This document shows, piece after piece, positions 29,465 to 40,722 of a DNA stretch of 64,000 nt. Within the stretch, counting starts at the first letter, position 1; every line of letters starts with the position of its first letter. Origin of the DNA: Bacillota bacterium (GTDB taxonomy: Bacteria > Bacillota > Ch66 > Ch109); NCBI GenBank assembly GCA_050952625.1, contig JBMNLH010000003.1, positions 1 to 64,000 on the forward strand, given 5' to 3'. The translations under genes were made by a program, and so were the position numbers. The notes beneath the pieces were generated by a model. The model saw only the letters and a list, made by a program, of their open reading frames with translations, was not told where the DNA came from and ran no database searches.

Positions 29465-29693
29465 AAGCTTTATTGATATTCCACTCTTGGGGAGTAGAAC
29501 CATCTAATCAAACAGTTCTTATTATAAAAATGTAAAATGAAGTAAAAAAACCTAGTAAATTCGAGAATTTGCAAATAATAACGATTTAAGATAACCTAAT
29601 TCACTCTGAAAAAGATTGTCAAATACAGACGTAATGTAGTATTATCTATAATTATAGATATATATCTTTACATAGGGGGTTCAGAAATTTGGC

Positions 29694-29891
29694 ATGACGG
29701 AACAATTGGCAGAGCTCTCGAATGAAATAGAGCAGGCGAGAGTAAAACTTATGGATCTCGGTATGAAATACTCCCTATTTTCAACTGAGGTTGTGGCCCT
29801 GAGCGGAAAACTCGATGAACTAATCGTTAGGTTTCATCGTTTAGCTCAAGATAGCAAGGAGTTATGTAAAACCGACCTTTTGTTATCATAA
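29694..29891 (+). CDS. Spo0E-like aspartyl-phosphate phosphatase
   Basis: IEQARVKL...EVVALSGKLDELI resembles the SQELD motif. Confidence 0.8.
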   Translation: MTEQLAELSNEIEQARVKLMDLGMKYSLFSTEVVALSGKLDELIVRFHRLAQDSKELCKTDLLLS

Positions 29892-30040
29892 TTTTATTTA
29901 GCCACAATCTTCCGATCCAATAAAACTTATCGCCAATACTAAAATCCACAGATGGAAACACTTCCCGCTAAACAGCGGGAGTTTTTTTTCTTAAAAAAGC
30001 AAATTAATATCTACAAGGGAGCTGTTCAATTAGTTTAATT

Positions 30041-30274
30041 ATGGAGGGATATAGTTTGCGCGAAGTAACAGCGAGCGAGCTACTGGCCATGAGAGAGTTA
30101 CTCCAAATGGAATCCGTTGGATTGGCTAAAATTCAGGCTATGGAATCAATGATTGATGATAGCCAACTCAGGGCTGCCGCCCGGACTAGTATTCGAGCCA
30201 TGCAGAATCGGATCCGTAGCTTACAGCAGTTTATTGAAGATAACCACCTAATTCATTCCCGGGAGGTGTTCTAA
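30041..30274 (+). CDS. Small spore coat-associated protein (YraG/YraE-like)
   Basis: ELL..RELLQME...K; coupled to a CotF-like gene. Confidence 0.6.
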   Translation: MEGYSLREVTASELLAMRELLQMESVGLAKIQAMESMIDDSQLRAAARTSIRAMQNRIRSLQQFIEDNHLIHSREVF

Positions 30275-30586
30275 ATGGCTACTTTTCTTGACCGTCTGCT
30301 CGGAACACCGGGTGATACCTTAAATGATCAAATTATCGCCAATGATATGCTTTTAGGTGCTAAAGGTGCGGCAACTGCCTATTTTCTGGCGTCTATAGAA
30401 TCAGCCAACCCTGAAATACGCCGCCTTTTTTTCGACCACGCCACTCAATTGGTTCAGTCTCATGGTACTCTAACGGAAATGACTTTAGAACGCGGCTGGT
30501 ATCAAGCTTATGGTTCGCCCGAGGATCAATTACTAGACTGGTATGAAGCTTCCCGCGAACTTGTTCATCCGGCTGAGTCGCACTAA
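30275..30586 (+). CDS. Coat F family spore coat protein (YraF/YraD-like)
   Basis: DQIIANDML..AK.....Y..A..E.ANPEIR...RGWY. Confidence 0.8.
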   Translation: MATFLDRLLGTPGDTLNDQIIANDMLLGAKGAATAYFLASIESANPEIRRLFFDHATQLVQSHGTLTEMTLERGWYQAYGSPEDQLLDWYEASRELVHPAESH

Positions 30587-30914
30587 ACCGGGACAGGGGG
30601 ACAGGTTCACTGTCCCGGTTGATCTTTTATGTTTTAACTCAGTCAGCACAGGCTAGACTTGGAGCGCGAAAGCAAATATGCTGAGCGATTATGATTTTTC
30701 ATTGCAGATGTGCTGATGGTGCTGCTTAGCGACACTAAAGGTAAACTTATAAAAAAACAAAAATCCTGGCTTTACCAGGAGCAGGGGCTTTATTAATTAT
30801 CCGATGATAATTAATAATTGATCTTATTGGTTGGGCTATTATTATCGATGGTTTTACCTAGTGAGCATAGGCAGTTAACAAACAATATAACAAAACATAT
30901 TATATTGGCACTAA

Positions 30915-30991
30915 TGGCGTCCCGGGAGGGATTCGAACCCCCGACCCACGGCTTAGAAGGCCGTTGCTCTGTCCAGCTGAGCTACCGGGAC
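30915..30991 (-). tRNA. tRNA-Arg(TCT)
   Basis: ACGGC-CTTCTAA-GCCGT; CCA end. Confidence 0.97.
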
Positions 30992-31073
30992 CGCTCAAGA
31001 GACAATGCAAACGCATCTAATAAGCTAAGGGATAGCCAAGTGGTTATCCCTGCTTTTATTCGCGATAAATAAC

Positions 31074-31150
31074 TGGTCGGGGCAACACGACTTGAACGTG
31101 CGGCCTCCTGCTCCCAAGGCAGGCGCTCTACCAAACTGAGCTATGCCCCG
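31074..31150 (-). tRNA. tRNA-Pro(TGG)
   Basis: CCTGC-CTTGGGA-GCAGG; CCA end. Confidence 0.96.
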
Positions 31151-31299
31151 ACTCGCAAGAACCATTATATATCACAGATATGGTTTGGTCAAGAGAATTG
31201 ATCAATATCCTTATAGAAATAGAGTCCGGTGAGTTTAGTGTCGTGTCATTCCGATGAATATAACCATTTATTCGTTTATTATGGTGCGGGCAATGCATG

Positions 31300-31375
31300 A
31301 CTAATTCTGAGCGAAGCGAAGAATCCCTCCTACGGCTGAAAAATAAGATCCTTCGCTAACGCTCAGGATGACGTA
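31300..31375. repeat. REP-like inverted pair (TCTGAGCGAAGCGAAGAATC / GATCCTTCGCTAACGCTCAGGATGAC)
   Basis: Related copies near 34826, 53936 and 63434. Confidence 0.75.
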
Positions 31376-31413
31376 TGTCCGCTATTTTCATAGTGGTTGT
31401 GTTCTTGCAGGAT

Positions 31414-31908
31414 TCAGATTGGCAGTTCTAAAATCTCAGTTCTTAGCTTTTCCCCGTCAATTGTGACTAGTCCATAGGTTGGCTTACGGTTGCGGGGTTT
31501 GGTCAGACTGCCGGGATTTAGAATAATCATGTCTTCAACGGTCTCCTGTACGGCGACATGCGTATGACCATAGATGACTAGGTTGGCCCCCACTTCCTTA
31601 CCTCGATAAAAGAGGTTTAAAAAGCTGCTTTTAGCTCCATACAGGTGGCCATGGGTAAGATAAATACGTTTCCCTTCAAATGCCAGGGTCTGTTCTTTTG
31701 GTCCGCTCGACATAAAATCACAGTTTCCCAGCACCCCAATAACTTCTATCCCCAGGAGTTGACTCAAACGATTACCGTCACGATAATAGTCGCCAGTATG
31801 TAAGACCAGGTCAATTTGTCCTAATGACTTGAGGGCTTGTTCGGCCAATTTAATGTCTCCGTGGGTGTCACCAAGTACACCAATCCGGGTCATTTCCCGC
31901 CACCTCAT
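31414..31908 (-). CDS. YsnB/YfcE-family metallophosphoesterase
   Basis: DTHG, HTGD, GNCD, THGH, GHTH, NPGS. Confidence 0.92.
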   Translation of the reverse strand: MRWREMTRIGVLGDTHGDIKLAEQALKSLGQIDLVLHTGDYYRDGNRLSQLLGIEVIGVLGNCDFMSSGPKEQTLAFEGKRIYLTHGHLYGAKSSFLNLFYRGKEVGANLVIYGHTHVAVQETVEDMIILNPGSLTKPRNRKPTYGLVTIDGEKLRTEILELPI

Positions 31909-32508
31909 TCACCGTTTCAAGATAGACAATAGAATGGGAATTGCTTGTTTCAGGGCCTGCGACCGATGGCTGATCTTATTTTTACTTGCCATATTCAATT
32001 GGGCTAACGTTAGTCCCGACCCGGGGATAATAAACAGAGGGTCATACCCAAATCCCTGATCCCCGACCATTGCGTAGCCGATCTGCCCCTCGCAGGTTCC
32101 CTCTGCCAGATAACTTTGTCCGGTTGGCTCAACTATGGCAACCACACAGCGAAAACGGGCAGTCCTTTTTTCGGGTGCAATCCCGGCCATCAGAGCCAGC
32201 AGCTTTTGATTATTCCGCCAATCACTAGCCGGCTCCCCGGCAAAACGGGCCGACAGAACTCCCGGTCGCCCGTCCAGGCAGTCAACCTCTAAACCCGAAT
32301 CATCCCCCAGAGTTAACAGGCCAGTCTGCTTAGCTACAGTGGTTGCTTTAATTAAGGCGTTTTCGGCAAAGGTGCTCCCGGTTTCTTCTATTTCGGGTAA
32401 ATCCGGAAAGTCTTTCAGAGATAAGACTTCCAAAGGATAATCAGCCAGAAGTGCCTTGACCTCACGCAGTTTACCCTGATTTTTCGTGGCGACGACTAAC
32501 TTTTCCAT
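31909..32508 (-). CDS. rdgB: XTP/dITP diphosphatase (Ham1 family)
   Basis: ATKNQGK, DDSGL, GFGYDP, KNKISHR. Confidence 0.96.
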   Translation of the reverse strand: MEKLVVATKNQGKLREVKALLADYPLEVLSLKDFPDLPEIEETGSTFAENALIKATTVAKQTGLLTLGDDSGLEVDCLDGRPGVLSARFAGEPASDWRNNQKLLALMAGIAPEKRTARFRCVVAIVEPTGQSYLAEGTCEGQIGYAMVGDQGFGYDPLFIIPGSGLTLAQLNMASKNKISHRSQALKQAIPILLSILKR

Positions 32509-33251
32509 AACTGATCCTCATCTAATATACCTTTAAGAATCTGTTTTTCTTGCTCAATCAATTCCTTGATGCCTTGATTGGCTAAAGCTAAAAACTGCTG
32601 CAACTCTTCATAAGAGAAGGGGTATTCTTCAGCGGTCCCCTGGATCTCGACAAACCGACCCTGGCCGGTCATCACTAGATTCATATCTACTTCCGCCTGA
32701 GAGTCCTCCGCATAGGCCAGGTCCAGCATCACCTGTCCTTGCACCTTACCCACACTAGTGGCTGCCAGATAATCAATCACCGGCAGCCGCTCCAACCCTC
32801 CCTGCTGCTGCAGCCGGGAGAGAGCCAGGACCAGAGCTATAAAACCGCCGGTCACGGAGGCGGTCCGGGTACCGCCATCGGCCTGAATAACGTCACAATC
32901 AATCCACACTGTCCGTTCGCCGAGACCCTTAAGATCAACAACCGAGCGGAGGGATCGACCAATCAGCCGCTGGATTTCGTGGGTCCTGCCACTCAGCTTG
33001 CCCCGAGTTGCTTCCCGCGGGCTCCTGGAATGAGTTGACCGAGGCAGCAGAGAATACTCCGCGGTTATCCAGCCTTGACCGGTCCCCTTAACGTGCGGCG
33101 GTACTCGGTCTTCAATCGAAGCGGCACACAGCACTTTGGTATCTCCAACCTCAATTAACACCGAACCTTCAGCGTGTTTCAAATAATTCGCCGTGATTAC
33201 GACCGGGCGCATCTCTTCGGCCCGACGACCATCCAATCTTTCAATCAACAA
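32496..33251 (-). CDS. rph: Ribonuclease PH
   Basis: [30 protein letters not shown]. Confidence 0.98.
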   Translation of the reverse strand: MLIERLDGRRAEEMRPVVITANYLKHAEGSVLIEVGDTKVLCAASIEDRVPPHVKGTGQGWITAEYSLLPRSTHSRSPREATRGKLSGRTHEIQRLIGRSLRSVVDLKGLGERTVWIDCDVIQADGGTRTASVTGGFIALVLALSRLQQQGGLERLPVIDYLAATSVGKVQGQVMLDLAYAEDSQAEVDMNLVMTGQGRFVEIQGTAEEYPFSYEELQQFLALANQGIKELIEQEKQILKGILDEDQLWKS

Positions 33252-33338
33252 ATGAACCTCCTTATTATTAATGTCTGGGTAGAGTCCCATGGACTAATGG
33301 TTATATTTATCGTATAGCAATGACAACAATGGTGCCGC

Positions 33339-33893
33339 TTAGCTTGATCGCTGGTATTTTTGTCTCCCCAACCGGTACAGATCATTTCCCGCGGCATCAA
33401 TCACCACTATAGCCGGGAAGTCTTCTACCCGCAGCCGCCGAATGGCCTCCGGTCCCAGTTCGGGATAGGCAACCACCTCTGCCTCAACGATACATTTCGC
33501 CAGAAGGGCCCCGGCTCCCCCGATGGCGGCTAAATAAACCGCGCCATGCTTCTGCATGGCTTGAATCACTTCGGCTGAACGGGTTCCCTTGCCCACCATC
33601 ACTTTCAAGCCCTGCTCAATCAAGGCGGGGGTGTAGCGATCCATGCGCCCGCTGGTTGTCGGTCCGGCTGAACCAATTACCCAGCCGGGCGGGGCGGGAC
33701 AGGGGCCAACATAGTATATAGCTTGCCCGGTTACGGGAATCGGTAGACCCTGGCCTTGGTTCAAGGCCTCAAACAGCCGACGATGCGCCGCGTCCCGGGC
33801 GGTATAGATCAAGCCGGACAAGAGGACCGGCTCCCCCACCCGGAGACGGCGCACCTCTTCCTCAGTCAGGGGAAGATTAAGCTTTTTGATCAT
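33339..33893 (-). CDS. Fe-S hydro-lyase (class I fumarate hydratase/tartrate dehydratase) beta subunit
   Basis: YTARDAAH, GPTTSGRMD, GKG. Confidence 0.93.
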   Translation of the reverse strand: MIKKLNLPLTEEEVRRLRVGEPVLLSGLIYTARDAAHRRLFEALNQGQGLPIPVTGQAIYYVGPCPAPPGWVIGSAGPTTSGRMDRYTPALIEQGLKVMVGKGTRSAEVIQAMQKHGAVYLAAIGGAGALLAKCIVEAEVVAYPELGPEAIRRLRVEDFPAIVVIDAAGNDLYRLGRQKYQRSS

Positions 33894-34744
33894 AGCACCG
33901 CCTCCCCATGTCGGGCACAGTGACAGTTTAGATTAACCGCGACCGGCAGGCAGGCCATATGCGTCGGGAAATCCTCGATATGTACCGCCAAGGCCGTAAC
34001 CCGGCCGCCAAGACCTTGCGGACCAATTCCCAGGTCGTTAATTTGCGTTAAGAGGCGGGCCTCCAACTCCGCCAGCCGGGGGTCCGGATTCCGCTGACCC
34101 AGAGGCCGCAGCAGAGCCTTCTTGGCCAGGATAGCGGCCTTCTCCATGGTCCCACCGAGCCCTACCCCCACCACGATCGGTGGACAGGGATTTGCCCCGG
34201 CCCGATCAACCACTTCCAGGACAAACCGACTGATTCCCTCAACCCCATCAGCTGGTTTTAACATCCTCAAGCTACTCATATTCTCACTGCCCCCGCCCTT
34301 AGGTGCCAGGGTGATTTTCAGCTGATCGCCATCCGTAAGGTCATAGTGAATGATCGCCGGGGTATTATCGCCGGTATTCACCCGTTCAAATATCCCTTTA
34401 ACCATCGATTGACGCAGGTAGCCTTTTTGATAACCGCGCCGGACTCCTTCATTAATCGCCTCGGACAGACTCCCCCCAGTTATTTTGACCTCCTGGCCAA
34501 GCTCAACAAAGACCACGGCCTGGCCAGTATCCTGACACAACGGAATCTTCTCTTGCTCTGCCAGAGCGATATTCTCCAGTATTTTGGCTAAAACCTCCCG
34601 CCCGACCGGGGATTCTTCGAGGGTCTGACTCTGCCTGATTGCCTGCCGGACATCCTCTCCCAGCCGATAATTAGTTTCCAGGCAAAGCCGTTCTACCGTA
34701 TCTCGCACCTGAACCGCTGAGACTTCGCGCATAAAACCATCCAT
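33890..34744 (-). CDS. Fe-S hydro-lyase (class I fumarate hydratase/tartrate dehydratase) alpha subunit
   Basis: [29 protein letters not shown]. Confidence 0.93.
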   Translation of the reverse strand: MDGFMREVSAVQVRDTVERLCLETNYRLGEDVRQAIRQSQTLEESPVGREVLAKILENIALAEQEKIPLCQDTGQAVVFVELGQEVKITGGSLSEAINEGVRRGYQKGYLRQSMVKGIFERVNTGDNTPAIIHYDLTDGDQLKITLAPKGGGSENMSSLRMLKPADGVEGISRFVLEVVDRAGANPCPPIVVGVGLGGTMEKAAILAKKALLRPLGQRNPDPRLAELEARLLTQINDLGIGPQGLGGRVTALAVHIEDFPTHMACLPVAVNLNCHCARHGEAVL

Positions 34745-34941
34745 TCTTACAGTCTAAAGTAGCGCAAAACGTCTTAACACTAACAAACAAATTCTAACAA
34801 AGATTAAATTCATTATAATCGTCAAGATTTTTCGCTTTGCTCAGAATTAGTTACGCCTTGACCGCACCCGATCAACGAAAAGTAGTTATATTCATCCTAT
34901 AACAGGCTGGAATCACACCACACGCTACACGCCCCACACCT

Positions 34942-34986
34942 CACGACTAACGACTAACGACTAACGACTAACGACTCACGACTCAC
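34942..34986. repeat. 7-bp tandem repeat (A/C)ACGACT x6 overlapping a stop codon
   Basis: Direct reading. Confidence 0.9.
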
Positions 34987-35725
34987 ATCTTATGACCTGC
35001 CCCTCGGTTGCCAGCTCGACCCGGCTGCCAAAGGCTTCTTCCGCTTCACGCCGGCTTACTTCCAGGTCGTATTCCGGGAAAAAGTGGGTGAGGACCAGTT
35101 TTTTCACCCCGGCGGCCTTGGCAATCTGACCGGCTTGTCGGCTCGTTAAATGTCCTCCGACCTGGCGGCGAATTTGATCATGTTCCTGAAAACCGGCCTC
35201 GCACAAGAAAATATCCGCCCCTTGAATAAAACTGACCAGTTCGTCCTGCCACTGCGTATCCGCGGAGTAAGCGAAAACCTGACCAGTCGTCTTCTCTTCC
35301 AGGCGCAGGGCATAGGTGAGCAGGGGGTGTTTTGTCTGGAGAACCCGCCCCGTAAATTGATCCTGAACCATCCCTTGGCCTAATGGCCGCAGAGTCAAAA
35401 ATTCAGGCTGGCGCATCAAGGGTTCCAGAGCACTGGTTGGTTTCTCCGGGGCCCAGATTTCCAGCGGTTGAGAACGGGTACCCATAATAATACTCCCCAT
35501 GATCGCGTGGCGCAAGCAGAATAAATCCGCCGCATGGTCCTCATGAAAATGACTGATCACTACCCCATCCAGGCTTCGAAAATCCATCAGTTCCTGCAAC
35601 CGGCTAAAGCTGCCGTTGCCACATTCCAAAAGCAACCGGTAACCAGTCAAATCAACCAAATAACCCGGGCAAGCCCCACCTGCCCGGGGATAAGGTGACC
35701 AGCAACCTAATACAGTTATCTGCAA
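34976..35725 (-). CDS. MBL-fold hydrolase (YhfI/RNase Z-like)
   Basis: SHFHEDH, YSADT, GHLT, LTHF. Confidence 0.9.
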   Translation of the reverse strand: MQITVLGCWSPYPRAGGACPGYLVDLTGYRLLLECGNGSFSRLQELMDFRSLDGVVISHFHEDHAADLFCLRHAIMGSIIMGTRSQPLEIWAPEKPTSALEPLMRQPEFLTLRPLGQGMVQDQFTGRVLQTKHPLLTYALRLEEKTTGQVFAYSADTQWQDELVSFIQGADIFLCEAGFQEHDQIRRQVGGHLTSRQAGQIAKAAGVKKLVLTHFFPEYDLEVSRREAEEAFGSRVELATEGQVIRCES

Positions 35726-35744
35726 ACTAACATCACCCTCACTC

Positions 35745-36632
35745 TTACCGGTCTAAATCCACCTGATCAACTTGCTTAATCAGGTCACCGACCATTCGCT
35801 GTCCTACCTGCAGGAAGGAATCGGCTCGTCCGGTTGAATAAAAACGATGATCCAGACAACCAGCCCGTTGTTGACTAAGCTGGCCTTGGGCCTTCAAGGT
35901 TTTTCCCACCACAGCCACTGTTTCCTGGGCCGGATCAACCAGGGTAACCGCCTCACCCATTAGCCGCTGAATGACCGGGACCAGGAAAGGATAATGGGTA
36001 CACCCCAGAATTAAGGTATCCACCCCGGCCGCGCGCAAAGGCTCCAGGTACTCACGGCAGACCCGCTCTGTTTCCCCGTCATCTAATCGTCCGGCCTCGA
36101 CCAGGGGAACTAGTTGGGGACAGGCCTGACTAAAAACCTTTACTTGGGGGTTAATCTGTTCGGCAACTCGGGGAAAAGCCTGGCTCTTAATGGTGGTTTC
36201 CGTGGCGATTACCCCGACTCGACCGTTTCGGGTAATCTGGAGGGCTCGCTGAACACCCGGTTCAATTACCCCAATTATCGGAACAGCAAAATTTTCTTTT
36301 AGATATTCAAGGGAAACGGCGGAACTGGTGTTACAGGCCGCCACAATCATTTTGGCCCCCTGACTAACCAAAAAACGAGCAATTTGGCCGGCAAAAACTT
36401 GCAGTTCTTCCACGGTTCGAGAACCATATGGCACATGAGCGGTATCCCCCAGGTAGACGACCTTTTCGCTCGGTAGTTTTTCAAACAGGACCCGGACCAC
36501 GGTCAACCCGCCTACCCCTGAATCAAATACGCCAATCGGTCGGTCCTCGGACAAGCTTATCACTTCCGTTCTTTTTATCAACTTCCAAACTTCCCGGTTA
36601 TTATACCACAAGGAGGTCCGGATAAAAGCCAA
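35745..36632 (-). CDS. murI: Glutamate racemase (true start probably ~25 codons downstream)
   Basis: FDSGVGGLTV, PYG, ACNTSS, LGCTHYP. Confidence 0.97.
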   Translation of the reverse strand: MAFIRTSLWYNNREVWKLIKRTEVISLSEDRPIGVFDSGVGGLTVVRVLFEKLPSEKVVYLGDTAHVPYGSRTVEELQVFAGQIARFLVSQGAKMIVAACNTSSAVSLEYLKENFAVPIIGVIEPGVQRALQITRNGRVGVIATETTIKSQAFPRVAEQINPQVKVFSQACPQLVPLVEAGRLDDGETERVCREYLEPLRAAGVDTLILGCTHYPFLVPVIQRLMGEAVTLVDPAQETVAVVGKTLKAQGQLSQQRAGCLDHRFYSTGRADSFLQVGQRMVGDLIKQVDQVDLDR

Positions 36633-37259
36633 TCACTTGATCAAGGCGGTATTCCGTACCAGCGGCTGAGTTAAATCAATCTTTCCCGCCAACGTTTCGA
36701 CTACCTGTCCATCAATCAGTATTTGAACCTCTTTGATTGTGGGAAACTGAGTCAGGGTATTAACTACCGAATAGACTGCCAGTTCCTCGGCGTTGTTCTT
36801 TTTGTCTAAGTTAGCTCTAAACTCCCGGCTGAGGTCCACAATACACCGGCCATCGGACCGGACATTAATATCCAATAGTGAGGCCCCCAAGGGAATAGGG
36901 GAAGTTAACGACGATCCAATGGCTGGTCCCCGGATTAGTTCCTGAAGCGCGGCCCGGGCAATGCCGGTAACTTTCGGAATACTTTTCTTTTCACTGACCA
37001 GTTTACCGCTTTGGTCATCCACAAAAAAAGTCTCCACCGCTACCATTTCCTGCTCCGGCACGGTGTTTTCCCCAATAACCACAGAATGTAAATCAGTCCC
37101 AGTTGATGAGGGATATAGCGGATCGCTATTTTGCATCTGCCCGTCTTCCTGCCCCACCTCGTTACCGGAAAATGGCCACCAGCCGCAGCCCGTCCCGATT
37201 AGTCCTACTAGCACCAATAAACCCCCGAGGACTAATGGGGTTAACAAACTTCTTTTCAC
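36633..37259 (-). CDS. GerMN-domain lipoprotein (GerM-like)
   Basis: Lipobox GTGC; ALQELIRGP, YSVVNTLTQF; gerM/racE/rph neighbourhood. Confidence 0.85.
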   Translation of the reverse strand: MKRSLLTPLVLGGLLVLVGLIGTGCGWWPFSGNEVGQEDGQMQNSDPLYPSSTGTDLHSVVIGENTVPEQEMVAVETFFVDDQSGKLVSEKKSIPKVTGIARAALQELIRGPAIGSSLTSPIPLGASLLDINVRSDGRCIVDLSREFRANLDKKNNAEELAVYSVVNTLTQFPTIKEVQILIDGQVVETLAGKIDLTQPLVRNTALIK

Positions 37260-37498
37260 CGTGCATTCCTCCTTTACCTATTTTTACTAAATAGATATCG
37301 CAGTTAACCGGCATTTATGCCACAAATTTTAATAATTAAACACATAGGACACCTAAATGCCTTGATGTAGACGGACTTAGATAGAAACGGCGAATGAAAA
37401 TGAATAACCCCCACTTGTTGAAAAAGCGGGGGTTCTCCTTATTCAAATATATTAATCAATCTTAAAAATTATTTTATCTAAGCTCGAAGCTGACGAAT

Positions 37499-39289
37499 TC
37501 ATTCCCGCTGACTGGAAATAAGCTCGCGTTCTTCCTGCATCACCTGGATCAGTGTATCTCGATTTAGGTAATCGACCACGTAAAGCGTGCCATGAGCAGC
37601 ATTGGCCAGTTCTCGTAAAAACTCTCGATTCGCCTGCACGCCAATACAGGCTAGTCGAATTTTAGCCTCCTCCAGCATCCGCGCTGCTTTCAGGGCATCC
37701 GCTTTCGAATCATAGGTCCATAACGGATAAGTGGGCATTCCATCCGTAATTAAAACTAAGAGAGGGTTTTGGACACCGGATTCCTGAATTAACTCCAGAC
37801 TCTTCATAATTCCGCTCGCCAGCGGGGTCATCCCCTCTGGAACAACCGACCGTAACCCCATTCGTAGTCGCTTCTGATTCCGGGTAAAGGGGACCGCGAC
37901 CCGGGCGTTCATCTCCTGAAAGACTACTACGGCCACCCGCTCTCGAGAGGAGAGCAAAAGATATTCTGCTAGTTGCCAGGCAGCTTGGCTCTTGTCCCCG
38001 GCCATACTGGCACTGCAATCCACCAACAGACAGATATTAATCGGGGTATAGGATCGCTTTCCGTACACCTGAATATCGTCCTGAGTGATCCGGACCCGTT
38101 TTAAACCATCCTGCAGGCTTTGTTTGGCCCCTTCCATGACGGTTTCTGACACGGCCACGACACTGCTCGTGTTATCCTCCAGCCGAGGTAAAACCTTACG
38201 CTTGTTGATTTTTTCCTTGGTTCTGGTTTCAGTTTTCGTTCGCGTCAAGCGTTGATAACGTTTGGAGCCTTTCGGGAAGCGCCGCATGATCACGCGGTAC
38301 AAGGCTTCCATTTCTTGTTGATTATAAATGAGATATTGACGCAGATTCTCCCCTTCTTCGGTTAAGGACAAACCCAGGATGCCCTTATCCACCAGGCCAG
38401 CCTCAATAAGCTTATCGATGATCGGGGTTAGATCCCCTTGCAATTTTCGCGAAGGCCGGTTGGTCATTCTTTGAAAAATGTTGCCCTTCATATTGTCCAA
38501 AAAATTTCTTACTTCCTCTACCCCACCAAAGCGGCGAGCTAAGGCAATAATCGCCTGTTTTTGGTTTTGCACGCGAATAATCTCATCTGTTTCCCCTCTT
38601 CGGCTGGAAAACCAAGGCAGGCTGAAGCCCCGGACATCTTCCGACTGCACTCCTTTTTGAAAACCGTGAGTAATGCCCATTATTTTTTGGATTTGATAAC
38701 CCTGTTCCTGAATTGCCGCTTCAACCGCCTCTACTAAATCCAGGACCAGGCCATATCCTTCCTCAGGCAGTTCAGCCACGAGGTGGACATGGTCCGTTAA
38801 ATCTTCGGGGATCTCAGTGTACTGGTCATAGCCCACTTCCACTAGACGCCGGACATTCCCCATTCCCTCCTCAGTCGCTATCCAAATCCTGGAAGCGACA
38901 TCCGAAGGTTCTTTAAAACGTTCTATATTTAAGGATTGGCTGGCAGTCGCCTGGTCCGCCAAGAAGGTATTAATCGCGGACCAGATTCGCCGGGCTAACG
39001 GCACGACTTGTATCCGGGCTGCTTCATGATAGACATCAATATGCACTGCCCGGTCCGGTTCAGTACACTGACAATAGTATTGACCCGCATCTTGTTCGAT
39101 CAAGATCTGAATATGCGGAAACAGCCGGGGACTCTTTTGGTGCAGCCGCCGGCTAACCACCGCGGTCTCACCAATGCGCACCCCCTGCTGCTTATTGAAA
39201 TAAACCTTTAAATAATTGGCTAGGGTTGAGCGTTTGGCGATCAGGTTTTGTTCTTCCTTGATAAGCCACCCACTCCTTTCCTCAGGCAC
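37499..39289 (-). CDS. VWA-domain protein (ChlD-like C-terminus, uncharacterised N-terminus)
   Basis: MIDAS DCSAS, GMTPLA, LITDG. Confidence 0.85.
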   Translation of the reverse strand: MPEERSGWLIKEEQNLIAKRSTLANYLKVYFNKQQGVRIGETAVVSRRLHQKSPRLFPHIQILIEQDAGQYYCQCTEPDRAVHIDVYHEAARIQVVPLARRIWSAINTFLADQATASQSLNIERFKEPSDVASRIWIATEEGMGNVRRLVEVGYDQYTEIPEDLTDHVHLVAELPEEGYGLVLDLVEAVEAAIQEQGYQIQKIMGITHGFQKGVQSEDVRGFSLPWFSSRRGETDEIIRVQNQKQAIIALARRFGGVEEVRNFLDNMKGNIFQRMTNRPSRKLQGDLTPIIDKLIEAGLVDKGILGLSLTEEGENLRQYLIYNQQEMEALYRVIMRRFPKGSKRYQRLTRTKTETRTKEKINKRKVLPRLEDNTSSVVAVSETVMEGAKQSLQDGLKRVRITQDDIQVYGKRSYTPINICLLVDCSASMAGDKSQAAWQLAEYLLLSSRERVAVVVFQEMNARVAVPFTRNQKRLRMGLRSVVPEGMTPLASGIMKSLELIQESGVQNPLLVLITDGMPTYPLWTYDSKADALKAARMLEEAKIRLACIGVQANREFLRELANAAHGTLYVVDYLNRDTLIQVMQEERELISSQRE

Positions 39290-39350
39290 AGGCCGCTAAA
39301 ACCATCAAAGACTTAGCATAAGACGGACCGGGGTTTAAACCTCACGACAT

Positions 39351-40637
39351 TTACCGCTCCGGAGGACGAAGATCTTTTTCCGTGCGCAAAAGTTCATCTC
39401 TGCCTAAATCACTAAGTCGTCGAGCTTTCAGGAGATTGCTGCTTTCGGGATTATCCCGTTCGGCCGAATCCAAGGCTTTATTACTGTCACGGCCGCCGAA
39501 AAACGATTTTAAGCCCTTGCCCCCGCGTTTTCCATCGTCAAATGAACCCGCGGTTGGCTCTCGCCGCGAAGCCTCCAAAAAACCTCCATCATCACCCTTA
39601 TCTAAATTATTCATTATTTTGGTTAAAGTATCTACCTCGACTCGGTGTTTTAAAGCTAAGGGCAACACTTTAATGATATCGCTAACTAGGACCTGTTTCC
39701 GTTCTTTTAAGACTGTATGCAGCACTGCCGCCTGTTGAATCCCTTCAATCGCCCGCAGACTCTCAACGTGGTATTTCAGGTAAATGCGGGCGATAAAGTT
39801 CCTCAGGAAGTCCGGCATACCGACACCCCGGTTTTCTTCCGCAATTTTTTGAAATCGCTTGAGAATCTTTAGATCTTCTTCAGCGTTGCCATCGCTGCCG
39901 ATTTGTCCGAAACGAACCATTTCGCTTTGCAGTAAAATGTCAGCCACTGTCTCTAAACTGTTCGGCCGACCCATGTAAAGAACCAAATCAAAACGATCCG
40001 ACAATTGTTTTCGGATTTCCTCAAGCGGCCCGGGCTCTTCATCTGGGTTAGAGGCTGCCCAAATTGAGACCTGAACCGGGATCTGGACCAACGGGATTCC
40101 CGCTTCCTCAATCTGAATCCGGCCTGGTTTTGTTCCCATTACGTCCAGCAGAACATCGGTTATCTCCGGGGAAGTATCCGCTAAACGATTAATCTCGTCG
40201 ACAAAGATTATCCCCCGATGGGCCTGCGGGACAACCCCGGGTAAAATCGCCGCCGTGGGCTGGGTTGGATCGGTAATTTTCGCTAAGTCAATACTGCCGA
40301 CCACGGTTCCGATCTTGGCCGAGTGGGAGATTTCCAAATAGGGCATCGGGATCCACTCTGTCCCGATTTCGGCTATTTGCTCCGGGGTTAAACCGGCATG
40401 GTGCGGACAGTGCGGCTTTTTCGGATCACAATTATATAAACAGTTTTTAATCCGTTCAATGGGAGGCAGCACATTTTTGGCCGCCCGCATAATGGTAGTT
40501 TTGCCCGTTCCCCGTAAGCCTTCGGCATGAATGTGCAACGGGTCATTCCACAAAGTGGATATAATCGACATCTCTACCATTTCAAACAGGGTCTCATTCC
40601 CGTAATGTCTTGCTAATCGGTGGTATGGTTTCATCAC
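39351..40637 (-). CDS. ChlI/BchI-like AAA+ ATPase
   Basis: GLRGTGKT, VVGSID, AHRGIIFVDEINRL, NPDEEPG, LSDRFD. Confidence 0.9.
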   Translation of the reverse strand: MMKPYHRLARHYGNETLFEMVEMSIISTLWNDPLHIHAEGLRGTGKTTIMRAAKNVLPPIERIKNCLYNCDPKKPHCPHHAGLTPEQIAEIGTEWIPMPYLEISHSAKIGTVVGSIDLAKITDPTQPTAAILPGVVPQAHRGIIFVDEINRLADTSPEITDVLLDVMGTKPGRIQIEEAGIPLVQIPVQVSIWAASNPDEEPGPLEEIRKQLSDRFDLVLYMGRPNSLETVADILLQSEMVRFGQIGSDGNAEEDLKILKRFQKIAEENRGVGMPDFLRNFIARIYLKYHVESLRAIEGIQQAAVLHTVLKERKQVLVSDIIKVLPLALKHRVEVDTLTKIMNNLDKGDDGGFLEASRREPTAGSFDDGKRGGKGLKSFFGGRDSNKALDSAERDNPESSNLLKARRLSDLGRDELLRTEKDLRPPER

Positions 40638-40722
40638 AGCTACCCCCCAACATTTTGACTCCCAATTTTCTTAAGGCACCCTATAAATCACGAAGGATTT
40701 CAGATAATAAGTATTTATAAGA

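Noticed and set aside
28279-31072. ORFs 28279-28494, 28443-28733 and 30818-31072
   Set aside because: Overlap tRNA genes
28332-31150. Possible integrated element at the tRNAs
   Set aside because: No integrase and no duplicated tRNA 3' end seen
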